From Chthonomonadales bacterium (GTDB lineage Bacteria; Armatimonadota; Chthonomonadetes; Chthonomonadales; CAJBBX01), in NCBI GenBank assembly GCA_037443035.1, contig JBBIPC010000005.1, positions 136,040 to 200,039 on the forward strand: 64,000 nt of DNA, written 5' to 3'. Below the pieces are notes generated by a model, which searched no databases, was not told where the DNA came from, and saw nothing but the letters and a program-made list of their open reading frames with translations. Within the stretch, counting starts at the first letter, position 1; each line of letters opens with the position of its first letter. Positions 20,824-31,387 of the stretch are shown here, one piece after another. A program made the translations under genes and the position numbers.

Positions 20824-23385
20824 TCAGTGCCCACCTGGCTCCTTCGACCTCGCACCGTTCCAGCTCTGATCTTTCCCGATCTGTCTGTAGACGACCGTCC
20901 GGGCTTCGGGGCGGGCCTTGGAGCGGAACGTGAAACCGTCTCTCGCCAATACGCGGCCTGTGCACACACCAATAGTGCCGGCGTCCATGTCCTCTAGCTC
21001 ATATGTAGCAGTCGGCACCAGGCCGCGCGGCTTCACCGTCAGGTGCTCCTCGATGCAGTCCGCCCGTCGGAACGCCTGGATGAAACCCTCACCACGCTCC
21101 GGTGAATCGAACTGCCACGCCATCCAGGTATCGTTCGACTTGCTGTAGGGTGTCAGCGGCCAGAAGTCTGCAAGCAGGCAAGGCGAGAGGCGCCTCCATT
21201 CAGCGATCAGCTTGCGCAGGGTCGCGTAGTCTAGGTCCTCTCGTCGCGTGTCCACTCCCAGTGTGAACTCGGGCGACATCTGGCTCCGAATGAGGTACGT
21301 GTCGACCGTCAGGAATCCCGTCCCGTAGAAGGGTATCCATGATGCGATGCCGTAGGTGTGGCACTGCTCGCCCACCGGGTCGAAGGTGTAGTCGCTTCGC
21401 AAGAGAGGAACGGCACGCCGTAGTGTTTCCAGGTCGTTACGCCGGCCGCCCGATGCGCAGGAGTCGATGAGCATGGATGGGTGCCGCCGGAGGAGCTCAT
21501 CCCAGAAGGCAAGGTACCCTTCCACATGACGGATCTCCGCAATGCCCTCCCGTCCGTCGGTATCGTCCGCCTGCCAGTAACTGAGAGGATCGATGTTGAA
21601 GTCCTGTCGGTAGACGTCTATGCCTTGCTCTCTGATGAGCCTGTCTATGGTCTCGACCAGCCATGCTCGGCACTGGGGATCGCCTATGCGCAACAGACCG
21701 CCGTTCTTGCCTCCTGCGACCCACTCGGGCTTGTTCTCAGCGAGCCACGTGTCGGTGTGGACTCGCTCCGGCTCGAACCAGAGGATAGTCTTGATGCCAT
21801 GGTCTCGAGCCCAATCGCTCACTTCTCGAATCCCCTTAGGCCATCGTGTGCGGTCTACCTCCCACGTGCCAGTCTTGGGCCAGCCCACTGGATCGCAGGG
21901 GTACCAACCCGCATCCTGCCACCAGAAGTCAGGCCGTATGCCATGTTGCAGATACCCACGGAGGAACCGCATCTCCTCCGCGGCATTCGTGATGATCCCC
22001 GGGTAATGGTTGCCGTTGCAGGCGGACATCATGGGCTGGATGGGCTTGCCGTCCGGTCGCGGAACGCAGTGCGCCATCATCCAGCGCCGCCACACGTTCT
22101 GCGCCCGATCAGGATCGCCGTTGTAGAACTGCAGCACCGCTAGCGGGCCGCGGGCACTTTCACCTGGCTGGAGGTAGAAGCGGGTGTGTTCCTGCCCGCC
22201 GCTAATACGCAAGGCTCCTCCGGCATCCCTCGCGAAATGCGCGCACCACTGGCCTGGCCAGCCCAAGGCGGCGAGGACTCCGCCTCCGGACCACTGGATG
22301 TTGAAGTACGGCATGTCGCTGTTGGTTGGACGGCCGCCCGACGTCGCGACGCGCCGAGAAGTGTCGGGTGGCACTGGCTCGACGATGGGCTCGTAGTCGT
22401 TCACCGCGCAGATGCTGCCCAGCCATCGTCTGAGGAAGATGCTCTCGCGCGACGGCCTTGGGAAGCACACATCCAAGGCCCGGATGTTCTTCAGGATACG
22501 TGTGTTGCCAGGCCCGCGGTTGTGGAACCGGACTGTCCACTCCACCATTGGGAAGTCGGCATAGACCACCGCCTCACATACAACTTCCAGACCGGGGCCA
22601 GGTTCCGTGAAACGAAGCGTGTAGCGTGTGCGTGAAGCGTCAACGATCACGCGGTGGTGGGCGTAGTGCCACGTGGGCAGGAGCGCGTCCGACGGCATCC
22701 CACCGTAGACGAATGCGAACGGCAGGTCATAGCGCAGACGAAGCGGAGGTTGCTCAGTCAGGAGTGGGAGGTCGCCGAGCCAGACACGGCGGCCGTCCGC
22801 CAGTACTACGCAAGCATCGGCCCAATTGGCCTGATCGCACGTGATTCCGTCGCCAGCATCGCTGACTTCCAGCGTCAGCTCTTCTACGTCGTCGAGGGCG
22901 AGGGACACCGGCACTGGAGCCTCATGGCAACGCAGGACATGAGACCTGTACAGCTCAGTGCCCGCGGCATGCACTGCGAAAACCACCGTACCCCCGTTGG
23001 CGTGGTCGTCGATTCCGACATGGGCCTCGAAGCGCCGTCCCTTGCCGGGCAGTCGCACCACCACCCGGCTCGGTGCATGGCAGTAGAGACCGCGTGTGAA
23101 TTCCCTGCCGCCAATCTCGAGAGGTGCACCAGCGCGTGCGTTCTTCTGCACGTCGCCATGGTTGTGGATAACGTACAGGCCGGGTCCTTGCCCTGTACTC
23201 CTCATGGGCGCACGTGTCGGTCGCGGCTTCGTGAGGTGGGCCGCCGCCCAGCGCTGCGCTATGCGTATCTCGGCGGCAGTGGGCAGCGTTGTCCGGCGAT
23301 ACCGGCTGGCCATTCTGGGTTCTCCTCCAGCTAAGAGCGACAGAGCCAAAGCTGTCATCGGGCACCATTGCATCTGTGTCTCCAC
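20824..23385 (-). CDS. GH36 alpha-galactosidase-like protein with NPCBM/NEW2 domain
   Basis: GLYCHAPS..GITCDQANWADA (NPCBM); WQDAGWY, LWFEPE, RQDFN, DSCASGGRRND, RSDY. Confidence 0.85.
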   Translation of the reverse strand: METQMQWCPMTALALSLLAGGEPRMASRYRRTTLPTAAEIRIAQRWAAAHLTKPRPTRAPMRSTGQGPGLYVIHNHGDVQKNARAGAPLEIGGREFTRGLYCHAPSRVVVRLPGKGRRFEAHVGIDDHANGGTVVFAVHAAGTELYRSHVLRCHEAPVPVSLALDDVEELTLEVSDAGDGITCDQANWADACVVLADGRRVWLGDLPLLTEQPPLRLRYDLPFAFVYGGMPSDALLPTWHYAHHRVIVDASRTRYTLRFTEPGPGLEVVCEAVVYADFPMVEWTVRFHNRGPGNTRILKNIRALDVCFPRPSRESIFLRRWLGSICAVNDYEPIVEPVPPDTSRRVATSGGRPTNSDMPYFNIQWSGGGVLAALGWPGQWCAHFARDAGGALRISGGQEHTRFYLQPGESARGPLAVLQFYNGDPDRAQNVWRRWMMAHCVPRPDGKPIQPMMSACNGNHYPGIITNAAEEMRFLRGYLQHGIRPDFWWQDAGWYPCDPVGWPKTGTWEVDRTRWPKGIREVSDWARDHGIKTILWFEPERVHTDTWLAENKPEWVAGGKNGGLLRIGDPQCRAWLVETIDRLIREQGIDVYRQDFNIDPLSYWQADDTDGREGIAEIRHVEGYLAFWDELLRRHPSMLIDSCASGGRRNDLETLRRAVPLLRSDYTFDPVGEQCHTYGIASWIPFYGTGFLTVDTYLIRSQMSPEFTLGVDTRREDLDYATLRKLIAEWRRLSPCLLADFWPLTPYSKSNDTWMAWQFDSPERGEGFIQAFRRADCIEEHLTVKPRGLVPTATYELEDMDAGTIGVCTGRVLARDGFTFRSKARPEARTVVYRQIGKDQSWNGARSKEPGGH

Positions 23386-23427
23386 CAGGATCTGCCTCTA
23401 TACATCACAAGATAGACTCCGCATGCC

Positions 23428-25422
23428 TTACTGCAGCCGCTCATAGAAAACAATGCAGGCACCCGGCGCATGTGGCACGGTGACTCTCAGTTTCCGGAGT
23501 TCGGTACCGGTCATGGTGCGCTCTTCGGCGGTATCTGCGTTGCTCACTCGATAGCGGCAGCGCGGACGGACGCCTTGGACGCTCAGGATCGCGGTGTCCT
23601 CGCACTGGGCACGCCGGAAGGCGATGAGATAGCCTGCGTCCAGGTCTTGGCGGTGGAACTGGTAGGCGAACCATTCAGTATGCTCGTCGGTGTGGGCTGT
23701 GGCCGGATAGAAATCGCCCAGGACGTAGGGGCGAAGCTTCTTCTGGAGCGCGATGCTTCGCCGAACGCCTTCGGCGTTTTCTGGTGCGTGAGCGGCCAGC
23801 GCGAAGACGTTGCCCGTTGTGGCGGCGCTTCGAAACTCGTACGAGGGTTCCAACCCGAAGACACCGCACGCATGCAGGGGGATCCATCGGTAGAGACCTG
23901 CATTCTGCAGTTGATCAGCTTCAGGATGGGGACCTTCGCATTGGAGGTCGCTGTGCCACAGGGGCAAACCTCGCGATAGCATCTCGAAGTCCAGTCGCCG
24001 ACCTCCGCTCGCGCAGACGTCCATGAGCAGTCCGGGATGGCGACGCGCCAGCTCATCCCACATAGCATAGAGCCCCTCGATGTGCCGTATCTCCGTCATG
24101 CCCTCTCGGTTCGGTGGGTCGTTTCTCCGCCACGAGTCCAACGGTGGCATATTGAAATCCCAGCGCACCCACGCGAGGCCCGCTGCCGTGATCTGGGCAT
24201 CTATCTTGTCAGTGAGCCAGCGTCGGGCCTCCGGGATATCGAGACGGAACAGCCCCCCGCTAGCTCCGCCATGGACCCACTCAGGATGCTCGCGTGCTAT
24301 CTGGCTGCCCATGGCCACACGCTCCGGCTCGAACCAGAGTAGATAGCCCAGCCCAGCCTGCCGAGCAGCATCTCCAACTGGCCCGAGCCCTCGAGGGTAC
24401 TTGGCAGGGTCCGGTTCCCAGGTGCCCGTACCGCTAGGGAAGCCCCCGGGGTACCAATGCTGGGGATCCATATCCGACCAGAAAACCTCTATCCCTAGCG
24501 CGGAAAGGGTTTTCATGATGCGAACATGGGGGCCCTCATAGGTTCCGTCCGGGTCTACCTCGCTGGTCGTACCGCAAATGGGCGTGAAGACGACCTGTCC
24601 GTTCCGGCGCGGTGTGTAGTGGCTGATCAGCGTCTGACGCAGAAGCTGATTGCCTCGTATGTCGTTCTTCCCGCGCCAGAATGTCAGTAGCATTCGTGGT
24701 GTGCGGATTCTCTCGCCTGGGTGGAGCGTGAAATGCGTATGCTCCATGCCGGCCAGTAAGCGGACGCACCCTCCCTGATCGCGACGGAAGCTAGCAGACC
24801 ATTGGCCGGTCCACCCGATGGCCATGCTTATTCCGCCGCCGTCGTGTTGGAGGGTGAAATACGGCATGTGGCCATCGGACGAGCGGCCACCGACAGGCGC
24901 GAAGGCCATCTCGGTGCCTGGTCTTAGCACATCCGATAGTCGTCGAAAGCTAGCGGCGGAGTTGCTGTCGCCCAAGGAGTGGTGCACTAGGAAGCGTTCG
25001 TCCCGTTCTCCTGAGACGAGGATGTCGAGCGGGCGGATATCCGCCAGGATGGGCGTGTCCTGGCTGCCGATATTGGCAAGATGCATTACCCATTCGACCG
25101 ACGGCACGTCACTGTACTCCGTCGCCTCGACTTCCACTTCCAGTCCACGGGCAACGTCCGTCCAGATGGCTAGGTGCCTGATGCGGTGGCGGTCCACTCG
25201 CTCGGACCTCGTGCTCTTCAGCCACCCTGGCACTAGCTCCGCTGACGAGCGCAATCCGAACTGGAACGAGAATGGGGGCAAGGCATCTGCAGCCGTCAGG
25301 TGCCGGCGGACCCAGGTACGAACATCGTTCCGCTCAGCAGGAGTACAGGCAACGGTAGCCGTCTGCATGGCAAGCACGAGTACGAGAACAATAGCGATCG
25401 GCGCGAATAGCGGATGATGCAT
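23428..25422 (-). CDS. GH36 alpha-galactosidase-like protein
   Basis: Signal peptide; GGRSSDGHMPYF, LWFEPERV, RWDFN, CASGGRRLD, HSDL. Confidence 0.85.
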   Translation of the reverse strand: MHHPLFAPIAIVLVLVLAMQTATVACTPAERNDVRTWVRRHLTAADALPPFSFQFGLRSSAELVPGWLKSTRSERVDRHRIRHLAIWTDVARGLEVEVEATEYSDVPSVEWVMHLANIGSQDTPILADIRPLDILVSGERDERFLVHHSLGDSNSAASFRRLSDVLRPGTEMAFAPVGGRSSDGHMPYFTLQHDGGGISMAIGWTGQWSASFRRDQGGCVRLLAGMEHTHFTLHPGERIRTPRMLLTFWRGKNDIRGNQLLRQTLISHYTPRRNGQVVFTPICGTTSEVDPDGTYEGPHVRIMKTLSALGIEVFWSDMDPQHWYPGGFPSGTGTWEPDPAKYPRGLGPVGDAARQAGLGYLLWFEPERVAMGSQIAREHPEWVHGGASGGLFRLDIPEARRWLTDKIDAQITAAGLAWVRWDFNMPPLDSWRRNDPPNREGMTEIRHIEGLYAMWDELARRHPGLLMDVCASGGRRLDFEMLSRGLPLWHSDLQCEGPHPEADQLQNAGLYRWIPLHACGVFGLEPSYEFRSAATTGNVFALAAHAPENAEGVRRSIALQKKLRPYVLGDFYPATAHTDEHTEWFAYQFHRQDLDAGYLIAFRRAQCEDTAILSVQGVRPRCRYRVSNADTAEERTMTGTELRKLRVTVPHAPGACIVFYERLQ

Positions 25423-25446
25423 CCTGGGGAACTCCCTCCACGCGGG

Positions 25447-25902
25447 TTAGAGCTTGTGGATCACCTTCAAGAGCCAGCGATGGAGATTGTGCGGGAAGCC
25501 ACCACCTTCGATGTAGAGGCATGGACAGACTCCCGCGACAGGATCGAGCCCCTCCGATGCAGCGAAGGCAGCGCACGGCGCAGGATCGCCCGCTGGGTAG
25601 ATCCATATGGCCCGGACTTGTGCTGCCTTGCATTCGAGGAAGGCTTCCCGGAGGAACGCCTCGGTTGCCGCACTCCATGGTGACGGTGGCAAGAGCACGA
25701 CTCCGTCCACGGGACCTGCCTCGGCAAGTGTCCGGTAGGTTTCGGCTTTCTCGACGTGAACGCCGTCAGGTTCGATGGCCACGGCGCGCTTACCGGCTTT
25801 GCGCAGTGCCGCCACGAGGATCGGGCCGTGGGAACGGCCTCTGGCACGAACCCCGAAAACGGCATAGCGCTGACCTGCGAAGAACGAGTCACTTGGCTGC
25901 AT
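25447..25902 (-). CDS. CoA-binding (Rossmann-like) protein
   Basis: YAVFGV, VDGVVLLPP, IWIYP, GVCPCLY, FPHNLHR. Confidence 0.7.
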   Translation of the reverse strand: MQPSDSFFAGQRYAVFGVRARGRSHGPILVAALRKAGKRAVAIEPDGVHVEKAETYRTLAEAGPVDGVVLLPPSPWSAATEAFLREAFLECKAAQVRAIWIYPAGDPAPCAAFAASEGLDPVAGVCPCLYIEGGGFPHNLHRWLLKVIHKL

Positions 25903-25964
25903 GGACGTGCCTATGGTTGCGCCCTGGACCGCTTCGCTTCATCCAGCCCCAGCGCTCATTCCTT

Positions 25965-26726
25965 TCAGCGGAACCTCCAGATGAGGTTCGCGCCCTTCTC
26001 CTGAGCGAGGATGGACGCCGCCGAATAGGACTTGGCGTGGCTGTCGCCAAAGATAAGGCTCGCCATGCCTCTGTTCGTGCCGTCGGCGAAGTGCCTGCAG
26101 AAGATAGGCTTGAGCTGCGACGGTGCCAGCAGGCTTCCAGCCACTAGGTCAACGTCCGCGACGAGAGGGGTGGACAATCGAGGGTCCGTGGGGTTTTCCT
26201 TGCCGTTCATGGGGTCGAAGACGTAACCGCGGTACTTCTGACTGGTGGGGCCGCAGGCCGTATCGGCCATGAGAACTGTGCGGGCAGGCTCATCCATGGC
26301 CGCCAGAGAGGCCGTACTCGTAGGTGCTTCCGCGCCCGTGGGATCGTAACCGGCGCGGGTGTTGTAGCCGATGGGGGCAATACCTCGGACCGACCAGTTC
26401 GCTGCATAGCCGCCGCCGGAAGCGCTGGGGCAGTGGAACACACCCTCGTTTCTCACATAAGGGGCCAGTATCGGCGGCCAGATCCGAGTCGGATCGGAGG
26501 ACGGAGCAGCGTAGTTCGTAGATGGGAGGAAGGTATCGTGCCAGTCCTGCGCATACATGTAGTTCGCGAGAGCAAGCTGATGGGCGTTGGACACGCAGAC
26601 GATCTGACGCGCACGTTCTCGCACCTGCGCGAATACAGGGAATAGAATGGCCGCCAGCACTGCGATGATGGCTATGACAACCAGCAACTCGATGAGTGTG
26701 AAGCCATGAACGGTAGACGAGCGCAT
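25965..26726 (-). CDS. Prepilin-type N-methylation / DUF1559 domain protein
   Basis: [34 protein letters not shown]-terminal RH...IFGDSHAK. Confidence 0.92.
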   Translation of the reverse strand: MRSSTVHGFTLIELLVVIAIIAVLAAILFPVFAQVRERARQIVCVSNAHQLALANYMYAQDWHDTFLPSTNYAAPSSDPTRIWPPILAPYVRNEGVFHCPSASGGGYAANWSVRGIAPIGYNTRAGYDPTGAEAPTSTASLAAMDEPARTVLMADTACGPTSQKYRGYVFDPMNGKENPTDPRLSTPLVADVDLVAGSLLAPSQLKPIFCRHFADGTNRGMASLIFGDSHAKSYSAASILAQEKGANLIWRFR

Positions 26727-26738
26727 GCCGTGCTCCCT

Positions 26739-29585
26739 TCAAGCTAGTGGCGCCAACCGATAGTTGTTCAGTCGGTAGAACGCCCCGCCCGGATCGGCCT
26801 CCTGCAAGTAACGGACCGTGTCTGGATGACAGGTCATATAGAGCACCTGGTACTGCCTGGCGAAGGCAGCGATAGCCTCGGCGGCACGCCGGGCGTGATG
26901 AGGGTCGAAATTGGCGAAAACGTCGTCCATGATGAGCGGCAGCGGTTCGGCCTTGGTTGCATAATCTTCGATGAAGCCCAACCGCAGGCATAGGTAGATC
27001 TGCTCCAGCAGACCTCGGTTCCAGGCTGTTCGTTCCTTCTGCTCACCGGTTGCAGTCTCCGCGAGTAGGACACCCGTCTCGAACTGCCGGACAAGGCGCG
27101 TGTACTGCCCACCGGTGATCTTCGCGAGGTAATCGCTGGCTCTGCGAACAACGGCCGGCTGATGATCTCTCTCGAACCGCTGGCGCGCTTCGTCGAGGAT
27201 GAAGAGGCAGAGGCGCCGGACTGCCCACCGACGGAGGATGTCCTCCATCGCTGCGCGGCAGCTGGCCATCTCCGCCGCGATAGACTCCTGCTCCTCGCTG
27301 GTCTCCAGCCGCCGCAGCTTCTCCTCCAGAGCACCTCGCTCATTGGCGGCTGCCTCCCGACTCTGGCGCAAGCCGTCCAGTCGTCGCTTCGCTTCCTCGG
27401 CTTGCGCCTGAAGGCTGTATCGGGGCGTGCTTTCGAGGATCGTGCGCATGGCCGGCCAGTCCTCTGGGGAACCCGCTCGCGTCACCAGTCTGCCTTCCGT
27501 TTCCCTCACCAGACGGAGGAGCCGCTCACGTTCCCTATAGCGTTGGGCATGGCGACGGAAAGCTTCGACATCCGCATCCCCGGCCTCTGCCACGAGAAGT
27601 TGGACGTGCGCTCGGGCTTCTTCCAGCCGTTGCTTCGCTTCTTCGAGCTCGGACGCGCGTAGTTCTCGCGTTTCGAGGAGGGACTGAGCCCCGCGGATGC
27701 GCTCGACCAACTCCGCAGCGGCGCTGGGAGCTACGGTGGGAGGCAGTCCTATCTCCTCCAGCCACGCGGACCATCTGTTGCGCACGGTGTCCTGCGATTG
27801 CATGTGACGGTTCAGCTCCGTCCGAGCCTCGTCGCATCGGTCAGCTGCCTCGGCCTCGGCGTGTCTAGCCTCGTGGAGGCGCTGACCGAACGCGGCGTAC
27901 TCGCTAGCACTATCCCGTTCCGCCTGCAGCCGCTTCTCCACGCCATCCAGATCCGATGGACTGCTCACAACGCTGACGCCGTATCTCGCCCCGATCTCGT
28001 TCAGGGAAGCCTGTCTCTTGCCGATGCTTTCGTCTGCCGCAGCGATCTTGTCGTCGAGATCCTTGACTCGGCCCTCGGCTTCGCGGATTTCCTCGGCACG
28101 TTGGGCCCGCACGAGCGCTTTGGCACGCCGCTGACCTCGGATGGCTACCACTGCTGCGATGATGAACACAGCGAACGCGGCAAGGGCCGCCGGCAGACTG
28201 ATGCGGAAGACCACGGATGCGCATGCCAGAGCGCCGATGGCCACGAAGAGGGGTATGCGGGCAGGCGGTGCGATGGGTTCGGGAGCTTCGCGAAGGCGTC
28301 GCACATCCCCTTCGGCGGCATGCCGACGCCCCTCCAGGTCGCTCCGTTTGCCCCGTTCCTCTACGAGACGAGAGGCCTCATTGCGCGCCTCTCGAACGAC
28401 TTCCAGGTCTTCCTGGATGCTGTCGAGAGTGCGGGGGGGCTCGGGCCAGCGGGTTCGCTCCTCTGCCTCCAATGCCACACGCGCGTCTGCCGCCTGAGCC
28501 GCCGCTTGCTCCGCATGGCGCACCGCTTCCTGGGCGCGCATCACGGCTTCGCTGGCGGCATCGAGCTCCCGCCCGAACTCAGCCATCGTGGCCGCGGTAG
28601 TGTCCCCGGTGTCGAGCGCCTTCACGCGATCCTCGGTCCAGCCATCGCCCAGCCGACTCAGTGCCTGTTCGACCTGAAAACCGGCGCTTTCCAGAGCCGC
28701 TGCCGCACCCTTGACGGCCGCCTGACGCTCTTCCACCAACCGCAGTGCTGCCTCCAGCCGCTCTTCGGCGCGTTCAGGCAGGGGTGCTACCTCGCCGATG
28801 GCCTGCAGCTCTGTCTCCAAACCGCGCAGCTCTTGCCAGTCCGGCCAGGCACTCAGCCACATGCTCTTCCGGGCGAGGTCGGTCTCGGCCTCCCTCTCGT
28901 CTCGTTCCAGCCGTTCCAGTTCGGCAACAAGATGCTCCCGCTGCTTCTGCAGACGCACGTAATCGGCAGTCCTATCTCCCAAGTCCCGGCGACGCGCTGT
29001 CAGCGCCTCCAGTTTCTGGAGCACCTCGCCCAGCTCCGAACGCCCCCGTTCCGAGTAGAGCCGCTTCGCGTCTTCCTCCAAGCGCTTGCGTACGTCCGGC
29101 ACGGTCTGGGCGCCGGTTCCTGCAGCGGCGGCGTAGAGGCGGGCCTGGACATCAGCGTTTTCGAGACTGGACACTGTCTGCAGCTCGGCGAGGCTGAAGG
29201 CGAAGATGTTCTCGAATACGTCGCGCGTCGCTCCGCCGAGAAGATCCACCAGGTCAGGAGCTGGCTTGTCATCTGTGAGCGAAACGATACTCTCCTGGCC
29301 CGTGACGCGGCTGCCTTCGGTGCGATGAATCCGAAACCGCAAACCGTCATTCGTCACCACGACGAGACTTCCGCCATGGCTTCCGCCTCGGAGCGGTTCG
29401 TATCTGGGCAGCTCGCGGCTGCGTCGTTCCCGGAACCCGAACAGCACGGCACGGAAGAACTCCAGGAGCGTACTCTTGCCTGCGCCGTTATCCCCCAGGA
29501 TCACATTGAGGCCGTCGGAGAGGTTCTCGATGCCGACATCTGCAAGCACGCCGAAACCGTTGATGTGGAAGGCAATGATTCGCAC
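26739..29585 (-). CDS. YhaN-like AAA_27 (Rad50/SbcC-like) coiled-coil ATPase
   Basis: GDNGAGKSTL, FENIFAFSLAELQ, long coiled coil with central TM hairpin, EQIYLCLRLG, PLIMDDVFANFD. Confidence 0.88.
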   Translation of the reverse strand: MRIIAFHINGFGVLADVGIENLSDGLNVILGDNGAGKSTLLEFFRAVLFGFRERRSRELPRYEPLRGGSHGGSLVVVTNDGLRFRIHRTEGSRVTGQESIVSLTDDKPAPDLVDLLGGATRDVFENIFAFSLAELQTVSSLENADVQARLYAAAAGTGAQTVPDVRKRLEEDAKRLYSERGRSELGEVLQKLEALTARRRDLGDRTADYVRLQKQREHLVAELERLERDEREAETDLARKSMWLSAWPDWQELRGLETELQAIGEVAPLPERAEERLEAALRLVEERQAAVKGAAAALESAGFQVEQALSRLGDGWTEDRVKALDTGDTTAATMAEFGRELDAASEAVMRAQEAVRHAEQAAAQAADARVALEAEERTRWPEPPRTLDSIQEDLEVVREARNEASRLVEERGKRSDLEGRRHAAEGDVRRLREAPEPIAPPARIPLFVAIGALACASVVFRISLPAALAAFAVFIIAAVVAIRGQRRAKALVRAQRAEEIREAEGRVKDLDDKIAAADESIGKRQASLNEIGARYGVSVVSSPSDLDGVEKRLQAERDSASEYAAFGQRLHEARHAEAEAADRCDEARTELNRHMQSQDTVRNRWSAWLEEIGLPPTVAPSAAAELVERIRGAQSLLETRELRASELEEAKQRLEEARAHVQLLVAEAGDADVEAFRRHAQRYRERERLLRLVRETEGRLVTRAGSPEDWPAMRTILESTPRYSLQAQAEEAKRRLDGLRQSREAAANERGALEEKLRRLETSEEQESIAAEMASCRAAMEDILRRWAVRRLCLFILDEARQRFERDHQPAVVRRASDYLAKITGGQYTRLVRQFETGVLLAETATGEQKERTAWNRGLLEQIYLCLRLGFIEDYATKAEPLPLIMDDVFANFDPHHARRAAEAIAAFARQYQVLYMTCHPDTVRYLQEADPGGAFYRLNNYRLAPLA

Positions 29586-29586
29586 G

Positions 29587-30867
29587 TCAGCGCTCCTCTC
29601 TCAGGAGCATGTCGGCCCCCAGGATACGTGCCTGGTCGAGCAACTCTGCTACCGCAGCAATCTCCATGGAGTCGAGAGCCAAGCCGGTTCTGCGCAGAGC
29701 CGCCAGGTGATTGGCGCTCATGGCTTCCTGAACCTTGCGCCACGCGCTGGCAAGCTTCTCAGGGTCTGCCGAGATCTCGCCTGCAATACGAAGAAACTGG
29801 CCCAGGAAATCCTCTACCCGCTCGCGTTCGCCGAGATCCACCTCCGGCCGGGTACGATCCACGACCGACTCGGTCCACAACGGCGACGGTAGGCCGGCAA
29901 CCTTCTTCAGCAGGACCTCCCGCAGATGCTCTGCGCGTGCCGGATCACGCAGAAACCGATGAAGAGGTCCCCTTCCTGTCAGGCGGATTCGCGCGATGCC
30001 GACCCTGTCATCGCTGAGCGATGCCGAGGTCTCGGCCAACGATGCTTCCAGCCGGTCCAGAAGCTCTTGTTCCCGGCTCATGCCTTCTATGCTGACCTCC
30101 AATGCGAACCACCGGACAGCATCGGTCTCGCAGAACTCCACGCCGACGTTACGGGATTCGTCCACGCTCACAAGACAACAGCCTCTTGGCCCCGTCTCGT
30201 TGGGATTCAGCCCCTGGGGATTGCCCGAGTAGACAATCGTTGGTGCACCGTCGCGCAGGATACTGTGGCGGTGGACATGGCCAAGCGCCCAGTAATCGTA
30301 GCCACGGCCCACGAGGTCTTGCAGCGAGCAGGGCGCGTACCGAGCGTGCCCCTCGATGGTGCCGCACGCCGTGTGGAGCACGGCAACGGAGAACGCACCG
30401 CCAGGCGGTTCAGGAAAGCGCTGCGCCAGGTTGGCGGACTCCTCGCGGCGGCTGTAGCTTAGCCCGTGTACGACGACGGTCGGGCCGGACTTCAGCTCCA
30501 CCACAACCGGTTCCGTCTCCTCTGCCAGGAAAACGCGGGTGCTCGGCGGCCAGTCGAGATCGGGCCGGCCAGGGTCCAGGAAGTCGTGGTTGCCATAGAC
30601 AACGAAGGTGCGTACACCCGCCTCGTGAAGAGACTGCGCTGCCCTGCGGATCGCAAGCTCGGCCTTGAGGTTGCCGTCCGCACGATTGCAGAGATCCCCC
30701 GCCAGCACGACGAAGGAGGCATCGCGTTCGATAGCCAGGCGGACGATGCGCTCCAGGGCCTGATAGGTCGCCTGATGAAGCGCCTCCGCTGCGTCAGGCG
30801 AAATCAGCCGCACGCCCTCGAATGCCGCACCTAGGTGCAGATCCGACGCATGAAGGAATCGGAACAT
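29587..30867 (-). CDS. YhaO-like Mre11/SbcD metallophosphoesterase (DNA repair exonuclease)
   Basis: FLHASDLHLG, LAGDL, GNHD, YAPCSL, YWALGHVH, YSGNPQG; AAAGGAG SD. Confidence 0.9.
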   Translation of the reverse strand: MFRFLHASDLHLGAAFEGVRLISPDAAEALHQATYQALERIVRLAIERDASFVVLAGDLCNRADGNLKAELAIRRAAQSLHEAGVRTFVVYGNHDFLDPGRPDLDWPPSTRVFLAEETEPVVVELKSGPTVVVHGLSYSRREESANLAQRFPEPPGGAFSVAVLHTACGTIEGHARYAPCSLQDLVGRGYDYWALGHVHRHSILRDGAPTIVYSGNPQGLNPNETGPRGCCLVSVDESRNVGVEFCETDAVRWFALEVSIEGMSREQELLDRLEASLAETSASLSDDRVGIARIRLTGRGPLHRFLRDPARAEHLREVLLKKVAGLPSPLWTESVVDRTRPEVDLGERERVEDFLGQFLRIAGEISADPEKLASAWRKVQEAMSANHLAALRRTGLALDSMEIAAVAELLDQARILGADMLLREER

Positions 30868-31387
30868 GGCCACTCCTTTCAGTACGTGATACGCCGCACC
30901 GCGCCGTCTTTCCTTCCGCAGGCGAGCCGGCGGTCGGATGCTCTGCCATGTGCGGGGTTATCCAACACGCGGCACTCGGAGACGCCAATTCATGTAGGGA
31001 CGAGACGGCTTCCCGCTTCCTGGCGGCGCCTGCTGGGGAAACATGTGCTCCGATTCCTCGTGCCCTAGTCAGGGCGGCTCCGCTGTCCTTCGAGCGTTTT
31101 GCGCGAATCGCCCAAAATCGGCCCCTGCATTGAACGTAGAGTGAACGTTATGTCAGTATAGTTCGCCATGTATGCAGTCGGCCGCAGCACCCGCGTTCGG
31201 GGGAGGCGTCTCGTGGGGCGCACGGGCGCGCGTGTGTGAACGCCGACAGCAAACAGAGGCCGCCCCACCCTCGTAGGTCTCGCGGGCCAGAGGGCGGAGC
31301 GGCCGCAACACCCCCGGGAGGGGATGTCGAGTACCATTGTACCGCCATCCCTCCCGGAGGCCAATCCTCAAGGGAAGGAGTAGACGA

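Noticed and set aside
27798..30017. 739-aa plus-strand ORF (likewise 44348-46264 + and 49963-51732 -)
   Set aside because: Antisense shadows of well-supported genes in GC-rich DNA, with no recognisable motifs
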